A stretch of 64,000 bases of DNA from Spizellomyces punctatus DAOM BR117. Taxonomy: Eukaryota. The stretch lies in NCBI GenBank assembly GCA_000182565.2, contig KQ257462.1. One strand, 5' to 3'. Shown piece after piece: positions 12,109 to 23,900 of the stretch. The notes below the pieces were generated by a model, which was not told the origin of the DNA, did not search any database, and saw nothing but the letters and a program-made list of their open reading frames with translations. The position numbers and the translations under genes were made by a program. Each line of letters opens with the position of its first letter. Within the stretch, counting starts at the first letter, position 1.

Positions 12109-15100
12109 TCAAACATCCTGTTTCGTTGTCCGTGACGACATCAAACCCGTCAGACTTTCCCTTCGTCCCTCAATAGTATTCCCTCGTAACGATTCTACGG
12201 TGTCCATACTCCGGCTTTTGTTTTTCTCTTCCTGCGATTTTCGTTTCAGGTTGAATGCAGATAGCAAGCCGTGGTTGGGAGTCTTCCTCTTGCCTGTATC
12301 TAAATGGGTATGAGAAAGAATAACACTCACTATGCGGCTGAACGCAGACTACTACCTTCCCCTGCGACTTCTGGTATGGATTCTGCTGAAGAGAGCGCAT
12401 TCGTTGAGCGTGACCTTATTTTAGCTGGTGATAGCAATAACATCAATATTAGAGCCAAAAACCGGTACCAATGGCGTCAACAAACTGACCCTCTGTATCG
12501 AGTTTCGTACTCTTGGACCTGGCCAGCTTTCTAAAGCCTTTCTTTTTCTTTGGTTCTGCTAGCGCATCCATGCTTCCTCCGTACAATTTAGAATGAGCAA
12601 GATTCGATGGTGATGGTGCGGGGCATTCTTCCACCAACAAATCTGGTATCGAACCCTTCCGAGAAGAGGGAACTGGTAGTCCAGAAGAACCATCAGTCTC
12701 CACCGTACTGCCCCGCCTTGCAAACCCTCCAATGCCTGTAAATAGAGAGCCTCGGCGATGTGGACCGGCTTCTGACCCTCGCGGTGTGCCACCATGCTGC
12801 TGTTGCAGCACAATTGTACTCGCATCGGAACTAACGGAACCCACTGAAGAACGTGCAGATGCGCCATTCTTATCCTCGTTTCGGCGACGATCCCCTCTTC
12901 CCTTTGATATTGACCAGTAGTCCCGAATAATCTCATCAATCACGGCATTTCTGGTACGGTGGTGTGGTGTCTTGAACTTGGGTGCTTTGTAGGCGGCATT
13001 TTCGGCGTTCACCACTGCAAGGTAGAGTTTAGCTCGCACGCCACATAAGTTAAGCTAGAATTCACGAGACTTTTGGCCACGTACTTTTCGCCAGTAGGAA
13101 ATCCCTCAACTCTGCCTTATCCCAGAATACCGGTGGGGTCGGGAGAGGAGGTGCGAAAGGCGGTACGTCCACATTACTTGCCAGCGCAATCCGATAACCA
13201 ACCTCCCCGGGACGGGTCACTCTGTCTTCCCGCACCACAATAAAAACATGCAGGAATTGCGATTTGACCGATTTTGGGTTGAATTTTCCGTCACCCTCAA
13301 GGAAGATTATCGTCACAATATCTATAACGGAGATATCAGCCAGCGCGTATGGTAAGCTGTCTACCGAAATCACACCGACCATTCCCAATATGCCTTTTTC
13401 GCTGGATTTGCTGCTTATCCTCCTTTTTATACGGCAGGTAGGTTGATACGTGAAACATAATATCAAAGTTTCTCCATTTGGTGAAAAGAGAATGCTTCCC
13501 CGTCTGGCCATGTTTGGTATCTAACCCTGCCGCGTAACCTTGCCAGCCTTGCAGCTCCACTTTGTCCCCGAGACAAGAAAGAAACTCTTCGAATGCTTGA
13601 CTTCCCGTTTCTAAGAGAGGGTTTGTGACTTTAGCAAAACTGATCGATTGATTTTAGTGAAGATAACTGATGCGCGATTTACCGTTACTGAAGTATTCTT
13701 CTTCAGTGCTCTGATTGCCTTTGCAATACAAGGCGCCAAACTTATATCTCGTAATTAACTGACAAGCGGGACATACAATGTTTATACATCTCACGCATAA
13801 ACAAGATCTGCTGCATCTGACGTACCTGCAATTCGTCCAATACCATAAGTTTCTTCTCAATGGAAGGGTCCGAAACCTTACGCAGTTTATGCGCTTGGAG
13901 ATCTTTATGTAACATTTGCAGCACCGCCCTCGCGTCAGGCTTATTTCGCAACACACCATGCCCAGACACTTGCGATGCTTGTATAACTGCTCGTAAGTCA
14001 AATGCCTGATGATGTTGGTAATGTCTCAGTGATGGAACCGAAATGAAGAATCCGCAACGCAAGCTTGCCTCCTTTGTCCGCATTATGGCCCAAAACTCTG
14101 CATCACCTCCTGATTCCTTTTCCTTCTCTCCTCCACCACCAGCGGATCCCACGCCGCCCGCAGCCTGGGAATCGCCTTTGCGCGGTTCATTTGGTCTGTA
14201 CATCAAGGATATTATAACCGGACCAAGTTTACTATGGTCACCAATAAATGTTCTGTGATCTATGACAGATACTTATGTTGTTAGCATAGAGGAAAAGTAC
14301 CATACCAGATGAATCCTACCATGTCCGTGAAAATGTTTACGATAGTAGTCTGCATCCCCACCAATGTGCTCTAAGGGATACGAGGAATATATGTTGTTGA
14401 CAGGTTGATTCGATGAGGGGATAATGGGTGAGGTATCCGGATCTCCGAAAGCTTCTAATCGGTACCCTTCTGCTGATGTGATATATAACTGCCAGGACAA
14501 GCATCAATAAGGTTGTCAGATTCAAAGATTTGTCAAATGAAATTTGACCAACCTTTTTCTGCGTAGCAGTATACTGTGTGACCACGGATTGCGCTGCCCA
14601 CACTGTGTCTTGGATCTACAAGCAAGATAAAAGCAATGATTATGAAACCCTGCAAGAATTGGAAATGTTGGAAACGATTCCATACCGCTTGTCGCAGGGA
14701 GTCTATTGACGGACACATCCCATTGGAAGTAACCTCCTTTTCTGCCTCTCTCTCCTTCACAGCCAGGGCCATAGAATAGCTTTTCAGCTCTTTAGTTGAT
14801 ACTAGTGGGCTGGCAAGCTCCGTAATCTTTCGAACACTGTCCATAATGCCGCGAAAGACTGTAATGGAAATCTCCGTATGCGCATGCCTTCCAGCGTTAC
14901 TGACGTCTATCGAGGAGGGTCCAACTGACCGCCGCGAGCGCGAGCGTCCAACGGACTCGTAAAGCGAGATCAAATCGGATCCTTGTGTAGACACGATATG
15001 TGCCAGCTCGGCGAGAATAGAAATCGTGTGTGTCGACGATACACTGCTAATTGATTCGATGGAGAGGGAGTTTGTTGGACCAGCCTAGACCACAGAAATC

Positions 15101-16718
15101 GTTGAATGACGCCAATCACCGAGTAAGAGCAAAAATAATGGTCATCAGTCACATACCCCAAGTAGCAATTGTTGCAAGCTCGATGTCCTTTTCTTTTTGG
15201 TCAACGCCTCCAATGAGAGTGAGAGGCGGTGGCCTTTTTTCTCCTTCAGATCACCATTGGACTCGAATGGATCACTCTCCATTTGCGTCAATGCGTTCAC
15301 GCTCAAATTCAATAATGACTGTATACTCCCGTCCCCACTGGATACCCGCGGAGACTTCTTTCTTAGTGCGTGAAGCCGCTCTTGCTCTGTCAATTGTACA
15401 CCTGGCTCCGAACGCCATTTGTTTATGGTCAATCTCGACTTATCCTTTGCTTCCCCGACTCCTAAATTCTCCAAGTCGCTATGGCTTGAGTTTGCCGATC
15501 TCTGAGTCGATCGCAGGGATTCATAGCTAGCACTAGGGTGTAGGAGAGATCGGTACTGGTCGGAGCCTGTGGAAGGGCGCCGAGCATTGGCGGGATAGTG
15601 ATGCGTACTGGTCTGCTCCACGCTGAATGCTCGACGATGGGAGCCTCCGGTATTTACCCACAGGCCCTGGCCTGGAGCCCGCTGTTTGAGAGATGCAAGG
15701 TGACCTCTGCCATATGGTCCTTCGAAGTCCATAGTACCATCTTCCGGTACGGTTGTGGTTGGGGGTGAAGGCGAAATGGTATCTAATCCCGACATTCTCT
15801 CGGTATGCCCCCCTCGCTGCCTATCTTTGCGAACTTCGCTCTGAGTTCTGCGAAGCGACGACCCCGATACGCTGTGTTTGTCGTCAATATCTCGCCTATC
15901 TGGTTTCGGATCTTTACCAGCAGAGGTTTTCTCGTTCGAAAATGCACGAACTCGTTCTGACACTGAACTCCCACAATTCATGCCTCCTGGGAAAGGCGGT
16001 AGCTGAAATGTTTGAGGGTTCATCTGCGGACGTGAGGATCCGGAAGAGTGGAATCGAGATGAAGATGGGCCGAAGGAACGTTCACTCCAGGTCCGGTCTG
16101 GAGATAATGGCGAGGAACATTCAGTTTCGGTTTCTGAGTTGTGCCTCTTTATGCCTAACGGAGACAGTGTACCGCTCGGGGGGAAATTGTGATGCTGATG
16201 CTTTGGAAACGTTGAGGGATGACCGGTCGGGGATCGCGGGTTTGTTGGTGACAAGTTATCACTAGACCGCCGGCCCACGACTGGTGTAGTCTTGGGCATA
16301 TGTGCGTTGCAGTATATCCATCCATTGTGAGTGTCATAATTCATCACCTGGTAGACATATACGAGGTGAACAATTGATATCCGGTTTGCGACCTTTTTTC
16401 ACGCCACCTACCGAAAGAGTGCGATGACATTGAGCACACCGAAAGCACTAGACAGCGAGGTCAGCCACATGTTGGGTTGAAGCAGGTAGGACCCATCGAG
16501 AAATGGTCCAGCATACATACCGCTTTGTGATAGAACTTGAACTCCGCAATGATTGCTTCCATAGCATACCTGCAGAAAAAATCATGAGCAGGATTCCCAG
16601 CCTCTATCCACCGACGCAAGAATAATGCAATACAGCCATACACAGGTCTCAAGCAGATGCAGCAGGTACCGTTTCTTGACGGATCCGCGGGGACACATGA
16701 TGATGTGGCCGAAGCCAT
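12109..16718 (-). CDS. Rap GTPase-activating protein with an N-terminal LIM domain
   Basis: RapGAP motifs [47 protein letters not shown] (catalytic Asn) and [15 protein letters not shown]. Spliced N-terminal LIM: CCIC..H KAC FRC AQC..YCNAH. Confidence 0.85.
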
Positions 16719-17079
16719 GTCTGCCCTCTCCTTAGGAATAGTTTTCAGCAGCAAGATTGTGACCTAAGGATAGTTGCAAGGGAAACGGGTAGGTCTAGCC
16801 TGGAGCAGCAATGAAAAGTGTCGTGCTCCACGCCGGCAGCCAGACTTACCCCCCTGGTCCTTAGCGAAAGCGCTTGTTAGTTTCTACCCTTAGTTAATCT
16901 GTGTCAAATAGCACGCAGAAAACGCTGGTATTCAAGTTGCATGACAAACCAAAACATTGGTTCGTGCAACTAGAATAAACCATCGGATCATTATGAGATG
17001 AAAATAGCATCAATTCCTGGTTCACATGGACGGCACTTTCCAAACATTCATCAATTGAAAGGAACCCAATTTCGCTTAT

Positions 17080-17516
17080 CTATTGACGCTGTGCTATTGG
17101 AATTGAAATTGAGTTTGGGAACCATCCATAGCCATGTAGATCTACAAAAAAAAGACCCATGGAATCTACTTCAACTACGACTCCTTCTTGCCGAAGTATT
17201 TCGGCCTGTGTACCGCAACTGTCACTAGGAACTCGAGGCGATATTCGACCCCGATGGTTCACCACACGTTGCCAGGGTATCCGTAAACCTTCTTCCCCAT
17301 TGAGGCCCCGTAGAACACGTCCGACGTATCTGGCATGCCTTGGATGATCAACGAGCTTTGCAATATGACCTACTCGCATAAAGAACAATGTTGACCAAAT
17401 GCTAAATCTTTACCTCACCAAGGCACCTGCTTCATACCGTACGATGTCACTCTTCCTTTTGGAATTTGTTGAATAACGTTCAGGACGCTGGCTCTAAAGT
17501 CCTCGTAGTCAGACAT
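17080..17516 (-). CDS. ATL1: Alkyltransferase-like protein (Atl1/YbaZ family, MGMT fold lacking the catalytic Cys)
   Basis: Exon 17516-17438 (MSDYEDFRASVLNVIQQIPKGRVTSYG) plus exon 17369-17080 (HIAKLV..ARYVG..IPWQRVVNHRG..Q..L.QEGV). Trp replaces Cys in the PCHR motif. Confidence 0.9.
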
Positions 17517-18215
17517 TTTGCTTGGCAGCCACAATGTAATTTTCTGCTGGCTTCAAATCCAAATGACGTGTTCTTCGACTAGAAATCTTTGACAAACTGC
17601 AACGGATCTTCAAAGATGAACAGCGCTGAACGCTGGAAAAAGTGGAAATAAAAACTCTAAAGTCTAAATGACTTGTAGAGTATTCCGCCATGAAAAGTTC
17701 CAGATTCGCCTGCCCTGGCGACCTCTCCATATTCTCTTGTTGGCAGTGAAAACCCAACAAACATCTGCCAATGAATCCATAAACCTCCTATTCACACCAT
17801 TTGCATGCACAAAAAGCCAGGTTGGCCAACATCCTTTAATCCCCCCAATCCAAGAATCCAAAATCCGTTTGCATCGTGGCACGTGTGTGGTGGCTTAGTA
17901 CTGCATCATGCTCATCGATATCACATATCTGATCCAAACCCATCGACCAACAGTGGCGGCTTGGTTTCTTCCTCCACACACCTGCAACTTGCGAAACAGG
18001 AAAACGTCCGCTCATTTCTTAGAGGATAAGGAAGCATAGAACCTTCCTAGCTGCAGTCATTGAGTAGAAATATCAAGGTATGGGTTTAGTGTGTCCCTTG
18101 AAGACGTGCCTAGTCCTCGTGCAATGCGAAAGGCCAAGAAGCTATTCTCATCTCCCTTGCTAACTTTCAATTTTATCATTCAACCCACTGAATGCTGAGA
18201 TAGATATCTCTTACA

Positions 18216-20461
18216 ATGTCGGACGCACAGTACATCGCGGCGGCCGGTACGCATCTAGGATGGGTTCAGAAGGATCGCGTACTGATGCTGACATTGCCAT
18301 TCTTGCATTCAACGCAGACCGTCACGTTCAAATTAAGACCAAGATAATCTGTACGATTGGTATGTCTGTCAAAATGGAAAGCAGCAGAGAGCTCCTTTGT
18401 TATATATACTGGTTCTTATGACAGAGCTGTTCTTGCAGGTCCCAAAACCCAGTCGGTGGAAATGTTAGGCAAATTGATCGAGGCGGGAATGAACGTGATG
18501 CGAATGAATTTCTCTCATGGAAGCCATGAGGTACTATCTTTGCGTAGCTCGGCTCGAGAGTGCTCTGTTACTCACCTTGCGTCACAGTATCATGCCAAAA
18601 CCGTCAAAAACTTACATGCCTACCTGGAAGGGACAAAAACACCAAAATCAGTTGCTATTCTGCTCGATACCAAGGGCCCCGAAATTAGGTTCGTTTTGCA
18701 GTAGTGACATTATCTCTCCAATTGATGAGGTCTAACTTGACACGACGCAGAACTGGCAAACTAGTGGGTGGAACCGACAAAAAGCTTCAAGCAGGCTCTA
18801 TTTTCACCTTCCATAACGATGACTCTGTGCTCGGTGACGAAACACAAGTGTCAACTTCCTACAAGTCCCTCCCCACGTCTGTCCAACCCGGTGACCGAAT
18901 TTTGGTAGACGATGGGCTGATTGGTATGCAAGTTGTCGAAGTCCGCTCGCAAACAAGCGAGGTGGTATGCAGGGTAGAGAACGATGGTATCCTTGGTGAG
19001 ACGAAAGGTGTCAACTTGCCGGGCATTCAAGTAGACTTGCCGGCTATCACAGAAAAGGACGCAGGAGACATTCGATTTGGAATTGAACAGGGTGTAGATT
19101 TTATCGCAGCGAGTTTCATCCGAAAGGCTGCGGATGTTCTTGAAATCCGCAAGTTGATTGAAGGCACAGGGATTAAAATCATCTCGAAAATTGAGAATCA
19201 AGAGGGTTTGGAAAACTTTGATGAAATATTGGCTGTGTCAGACGGTATCATGGTGGCGCGTGGTGACTTGGGCGTCGAAATTCCAGTCGAGCAGGGTGGG
19301 TACTGGTTATAACGCCATTGCATGCCCGCTACGCAGAGTCGGAATTGGAACTAACTGGTGTGATTCTGCAGTTGCGCGGTATCAAAAAATGATGATCCGC
19401 AAATGCAATGCGGCCGGGAAGCCTGTGGTAACTGCGACGCAAATGCTGGAGAGTATGATCGTCAACCCGAGGCCAACTCGGGCAGAAGCAACAGATGTTG
19501 CAAATGCCGTATTGGATGGCAGTGACTGTGTGATGTTGTCTGGAGAAACCGCAAAGGGTGAGATAAATTCGTTTACCGAGTTATGCTTGTGGGTGGCGTC
19601 GATGTTCATCGCATGGACGACTTTCAGGTTCTTTTCCGATTCATGCTGTCGAGATGATGGCGAAAATTTGTCGCGAAGCGGAGATTGACATTAACTACAC
19701 GGAATTGTACCCCTCCATAAGACGGCAAGTGCGCCTGCCCATTGGTATTTCCGAAACTATCGCATCCGGTGCAGGTGAGCGTTGGCGTTGTGCGGATGGG
19801 ATACTCACGGACGATGGAAGTATCCATTGATAAAGGGAACTGTGATGGCGATGAGGGAACCTGGTGGAAAGAAGCTTTTATTTCGCACTCGTAGGCTAAC
19901 GCCACATATTTTCCAGTCAAGACATCATGGGATGTCCACGCGGTACGTTTTGGAATTGCGGGCCTGTGATTACCGGCGATTGGTGGGTCTAAACTTCTTC
20001 TCACCTCGCAGGCATTGATTATTGTGCTTACTCAAACGGGCAACACCGCTATTGCTATTGCAAAATACCGCCCCATTGCCCCTGTGCTTGCTGTCACATC
20101 GTCACCTCAAGCAGGTAACAACGAGTTCTCAGAGTACTGTATACTTCTATGGCTCATCTTGCATGCTGCACTTCCGTGAATTTAGCACGACAATGTCAAG
20201 TCCTACGTGGCATCTACCCTATGCTCGTGGAAAATATGGAAGGAACGGAGAACATTATTCACCGCGCGATGCTTTGGGGTGTAAAGATGGGCATGGCACA
20301 ACGCGGGGATCCGGTATGACCATCTCTTGGTTCAACGATAGCCATGATTTTTGTCTCACTTCTATTTTCCTAAGGTTGTTGTGACATCAGGTGTTTTGGA
20401 GGCCCGAGCTGGCTCTACAAATATCATGCGTGTACTCAAGTGCGTTGGATTTGAGGTTTGA
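18216..20461 (+). CDS. PYK1: Pyruvate kinase
   Basis: [84 protein letters not shown]. Many introns; stop TGA at 20459-20461. Confidence 0.97.
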
Positions 20462-20901
20462 AAGCGATCTATTTGCAATGATATGCCAAATGTTCTTTGG
20501 TTTTTTCTTGCGAAAACCAGATGTGTAGATGACGAAGGCAGGGAATAGCCAGGACTGTTTAGTACCCCTGATAAGTAGGTCTATAGATGCGGTGGGCAAG
20601 AGTCTGGGGCAATTCGTCGGTACAATCTCGATTTCATACTCGCTCCCTCGCGACGGTTTGGTTGTTGCATCTGATTGCTCTGATGGTTAAAAAAAAATGA
20701 AATAAAAAGTAAACTTGTGTCGAAGAGTGTCGCATCGAAAATTCGAACCTTTACATGCGTGACATCAGCCGACGATCTGGCATGTGATTCAGGGTATTCA
20801 ATGACGTTCCATTCTTCCAGGGCCGTTTGACGGCAAAATACAGCAACTTTCTTTTTTAGCAACTTTGAACAAGGTCTTGGTCTGTCTATGTATGAGCTGT
20901 A

Positions 20902-23702
20902 ATGGCGAATGACGACGCTCAGGCCCGCCGATATTCGATTGCCAATATCAATCCCACCCCCGATTCTCCCCAGAATAGGGATCCCAACGACGTCTTTGAC
21001 GAGGATGGAAATTTCAAGGCGGTGTTGCCCTCTTCGCTATGTGCCAGTTTCGACATAGATGGAAACCCTACTCTAGTCGAAACGCCGCAAGCTCGAGACG
21101 ATGAACCCCCAGTATTCCCAGAAAAACCGTGCCCCATTATTATACCCAATGCCCAGCCTGTCAAGTCACCGGAAATTCTGGAAGAGAAAGAGGACTTTGA
21201 GCCGGGTACTAGTACTGAGGAAGAGTTTCTCGATTCAGAGCTGGAAAGCGAGTTGCTGGCTAAAGAGAGGAGAGAAAAGGAGAGAAAATTGACAAGAAAG
21301 AGCAGCAAGGAGGTTTTGGGTCGTAGGAGGAAGGGCTGGTGGAGATTATTTGGAGGGACGGGAGGAACAAAGAGTATCTTCTGGGCGTTCCTTCGGTGGC
21401 CGCTCCTGGTATGTCTTTCTCCTATCGCAAATTTGGTATGGAATTTCTGATTTTAATTCTGATCTGGGTTTTGTTCGCCAGCTTGCGTTCTCCGCATTCA
21501 TCTTGGTTGATCTTGCTTGTTATATAGTTGTTCGTCAGGTAGCTATCGCGCAATCGATTGCTGGTTTAACGTGATATTCAACATCTTTGTTGTCAGTGGG
21601 TACGATGGTACGAATGGGCTATTATCTGGCGAGGAAAGAGGCGCGTTTTGAGAGAAAAACTCAACAGCGCCACAGACTATGAAGAATATAAACATGCTGC
21701 TAGACAATTAGACGAGTATCTGGGGAATAGTGCCTGGAAAGCGGAAGAGTTTTGTCCGTATTACGATGTCGATCTAATTCACCGCACCGTTCGCCGATTG
21801 CGACGGCATCGTCTAAGTATCATTTCCGCAAACCGTGCCATTTCCGATGCCCGCAAGCGAGGTGAAAACAGCGATATTTTGGACAAGGAAACGCGGGCGA
21901 GTGCGACCCGAGGGATTCAAAAGATTTTACAGCACGGTGCTTGCAAGTCAAACTTTGGAGGTGTGGAAAATGAGTCGCTGTACAGCCATTCTTACCTTGG
22001 CACAAAAGTATTGGTGGAGGAATATGTAGGCGAATTGTGTGCCTCTTTAGAAGCGCTTTCCAATTCAGAAGATATGACCTTGGAGGAGAAGCGGGAATTC
22101 ATACGGAAAGCTTCTAAGGACTATGGAAGAACAGCGTTGTGTTTAAGTGGGGGAGCTACTCTAGGGTATTATCACAGTAAGTCTAAATTCCGACTCCACG
22201 ATTGCGCGCGCCAATTACTTATGGCATTCGGTTCTTCCAATCTGTGCCGGCGCATCTCTAGTTGGTGAGTCACATGGCTTTTACGTGCTCAATGGACCAG
22301 AGTTATACTTAGAGCCTTCTTTAGGGGTTGTCAAGACTTTATTCGAGAACAAGTTATTGCCTAACATTATAACTGGCACTAGCGCAGGAAGTTTGATAGG
22401 TACGCCTGTAACCTTTTGGTATTGATGGAATGGCAATCGTTGACGGAGCTGAAACGTGTTCTTGCATAGCTGCGCTAATTTGCTGTCGTACTGATGCGGA
22501 GCTGGTGGAAGAGGTCTTTGATCCTTCTATCCACAAAATTTTGACGGCCTGCGATGTCCCGTATTGGGTAAGGGCTTGAAATCCTTTGGTGCTGTGGGAG
22601 TAGCCTAGACTGAATTCTTTTGTCTAGGAACGGGCAAAGCGGCTTTATAGAACAGGGGCGATGTTTGACCATCGGGAGTGGTATCAGAAAACAATGATCG
22701 CCACGAAGGGTATAACATCCATTGAAGATTACATGCACCTAAGGAATGTATTTAACCAAGTGATGCTTTGCAGGACCTTTGACATTCTTGGAGGCGTATC
22801 AGCGAACCGGACGTGTCCTTAATGTTGCCATTGTACCGGATGAGCCACATAGCCCCTTCAAGTTGTGCAACTACATCACGACCCCAAACGTAGTTGTTGC
22901 AACTGCGGTCATGGCTAGTAGCGCGGTTCCGGGAGTGTTAAACCCTATTGAGCTTTTAATGAAGAACGAAACCGGCCAGCTCGTGCCTTTTCGCGGTTCT
23001 GGTCGACGGTGGAGAGACGGTAGCCTCATGATGGATATCCCCGAAAGAGAGCTGCATCGCCTATGGAACGTGAATTTTACTATTGTGAGCCAAGTTAATC
23101 CACATATTGTCCTCTTCTTCTTTGATCGACGTGGAAGTGCTGGATCTCCCACCTCCCACCGGCATGGTCAAGGATGGTATGAATGGCGACTTCTCCAGAG
23201 CAACTTCTTAATAGCCCTCTTATTAACGAACTACGTATCTAGGCGTGGAGGTTTTGTTGCGTCGGCACTTGTTCATCACTTTAAACTCGATCTGCAGAAG
23301 TGGATGACCCTGATCAAAGATTTTGAACTTCTCCCGAGGGTTCTAGGCACGGATGTTTCGGACGTTTTCCTACAGCGCTTTGAAGGATCAGTGACAATAG
23401 TCCCTAAACCCACCATATCGGATTACCGATATATTCTAGAGGACCCGACCAACGAGCGCATGGTGAAATATATCTCAAAAGGCCAAGTACAAGCATGGCC
23501 TAAATTTCACATGATACAAAACCGGATGAGGATTGAAAAGACTTTGGCAAGGATTAAAAGGACGTTGGGAAGCGATGAGAAGCTCAATAGCGGAACAGGC
23601 CGCAGGAGCAGTCGGTTGTCCAATGGTTGTCTTAGTGCCAAGAGTCCCAGATGGATCGCAGGGCTGGATGAAGCAAGGGAGGACACCGCAGTAGATGAAT
23701 AA
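20902..23702 (+). CDS. Patatin-like triacylglycerol lipase/phospholipase (Tgl3/4/5-type)
   Basis: YGRTALCLSGGATLG (oxyanion hole), LPNIITGTSAG (GxSxG), TFLEAYQRTGRVLN, RWRDGSL (catalytic Asp), IVSQVNPH, and an N-terminal hydrophobic segment. Confidence 0.93.
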
Positions 23703-23900
23703 ACAGTAGATTAGATAGTTTGCTTAGTTTGATTATGCGATATGATTAACCGGATTTGATATTCTTTAATTATTCAATGACATTACATTTCCATCGACAG
23801 GTTGCCTTGAAGTTCTGACGCGACTATGTGGCGCAGCGGCCGAAAAAACGCGACTCGGAAGCAACTCATGCGAGGTTAAACTGGTAGCACTGCGACGACC

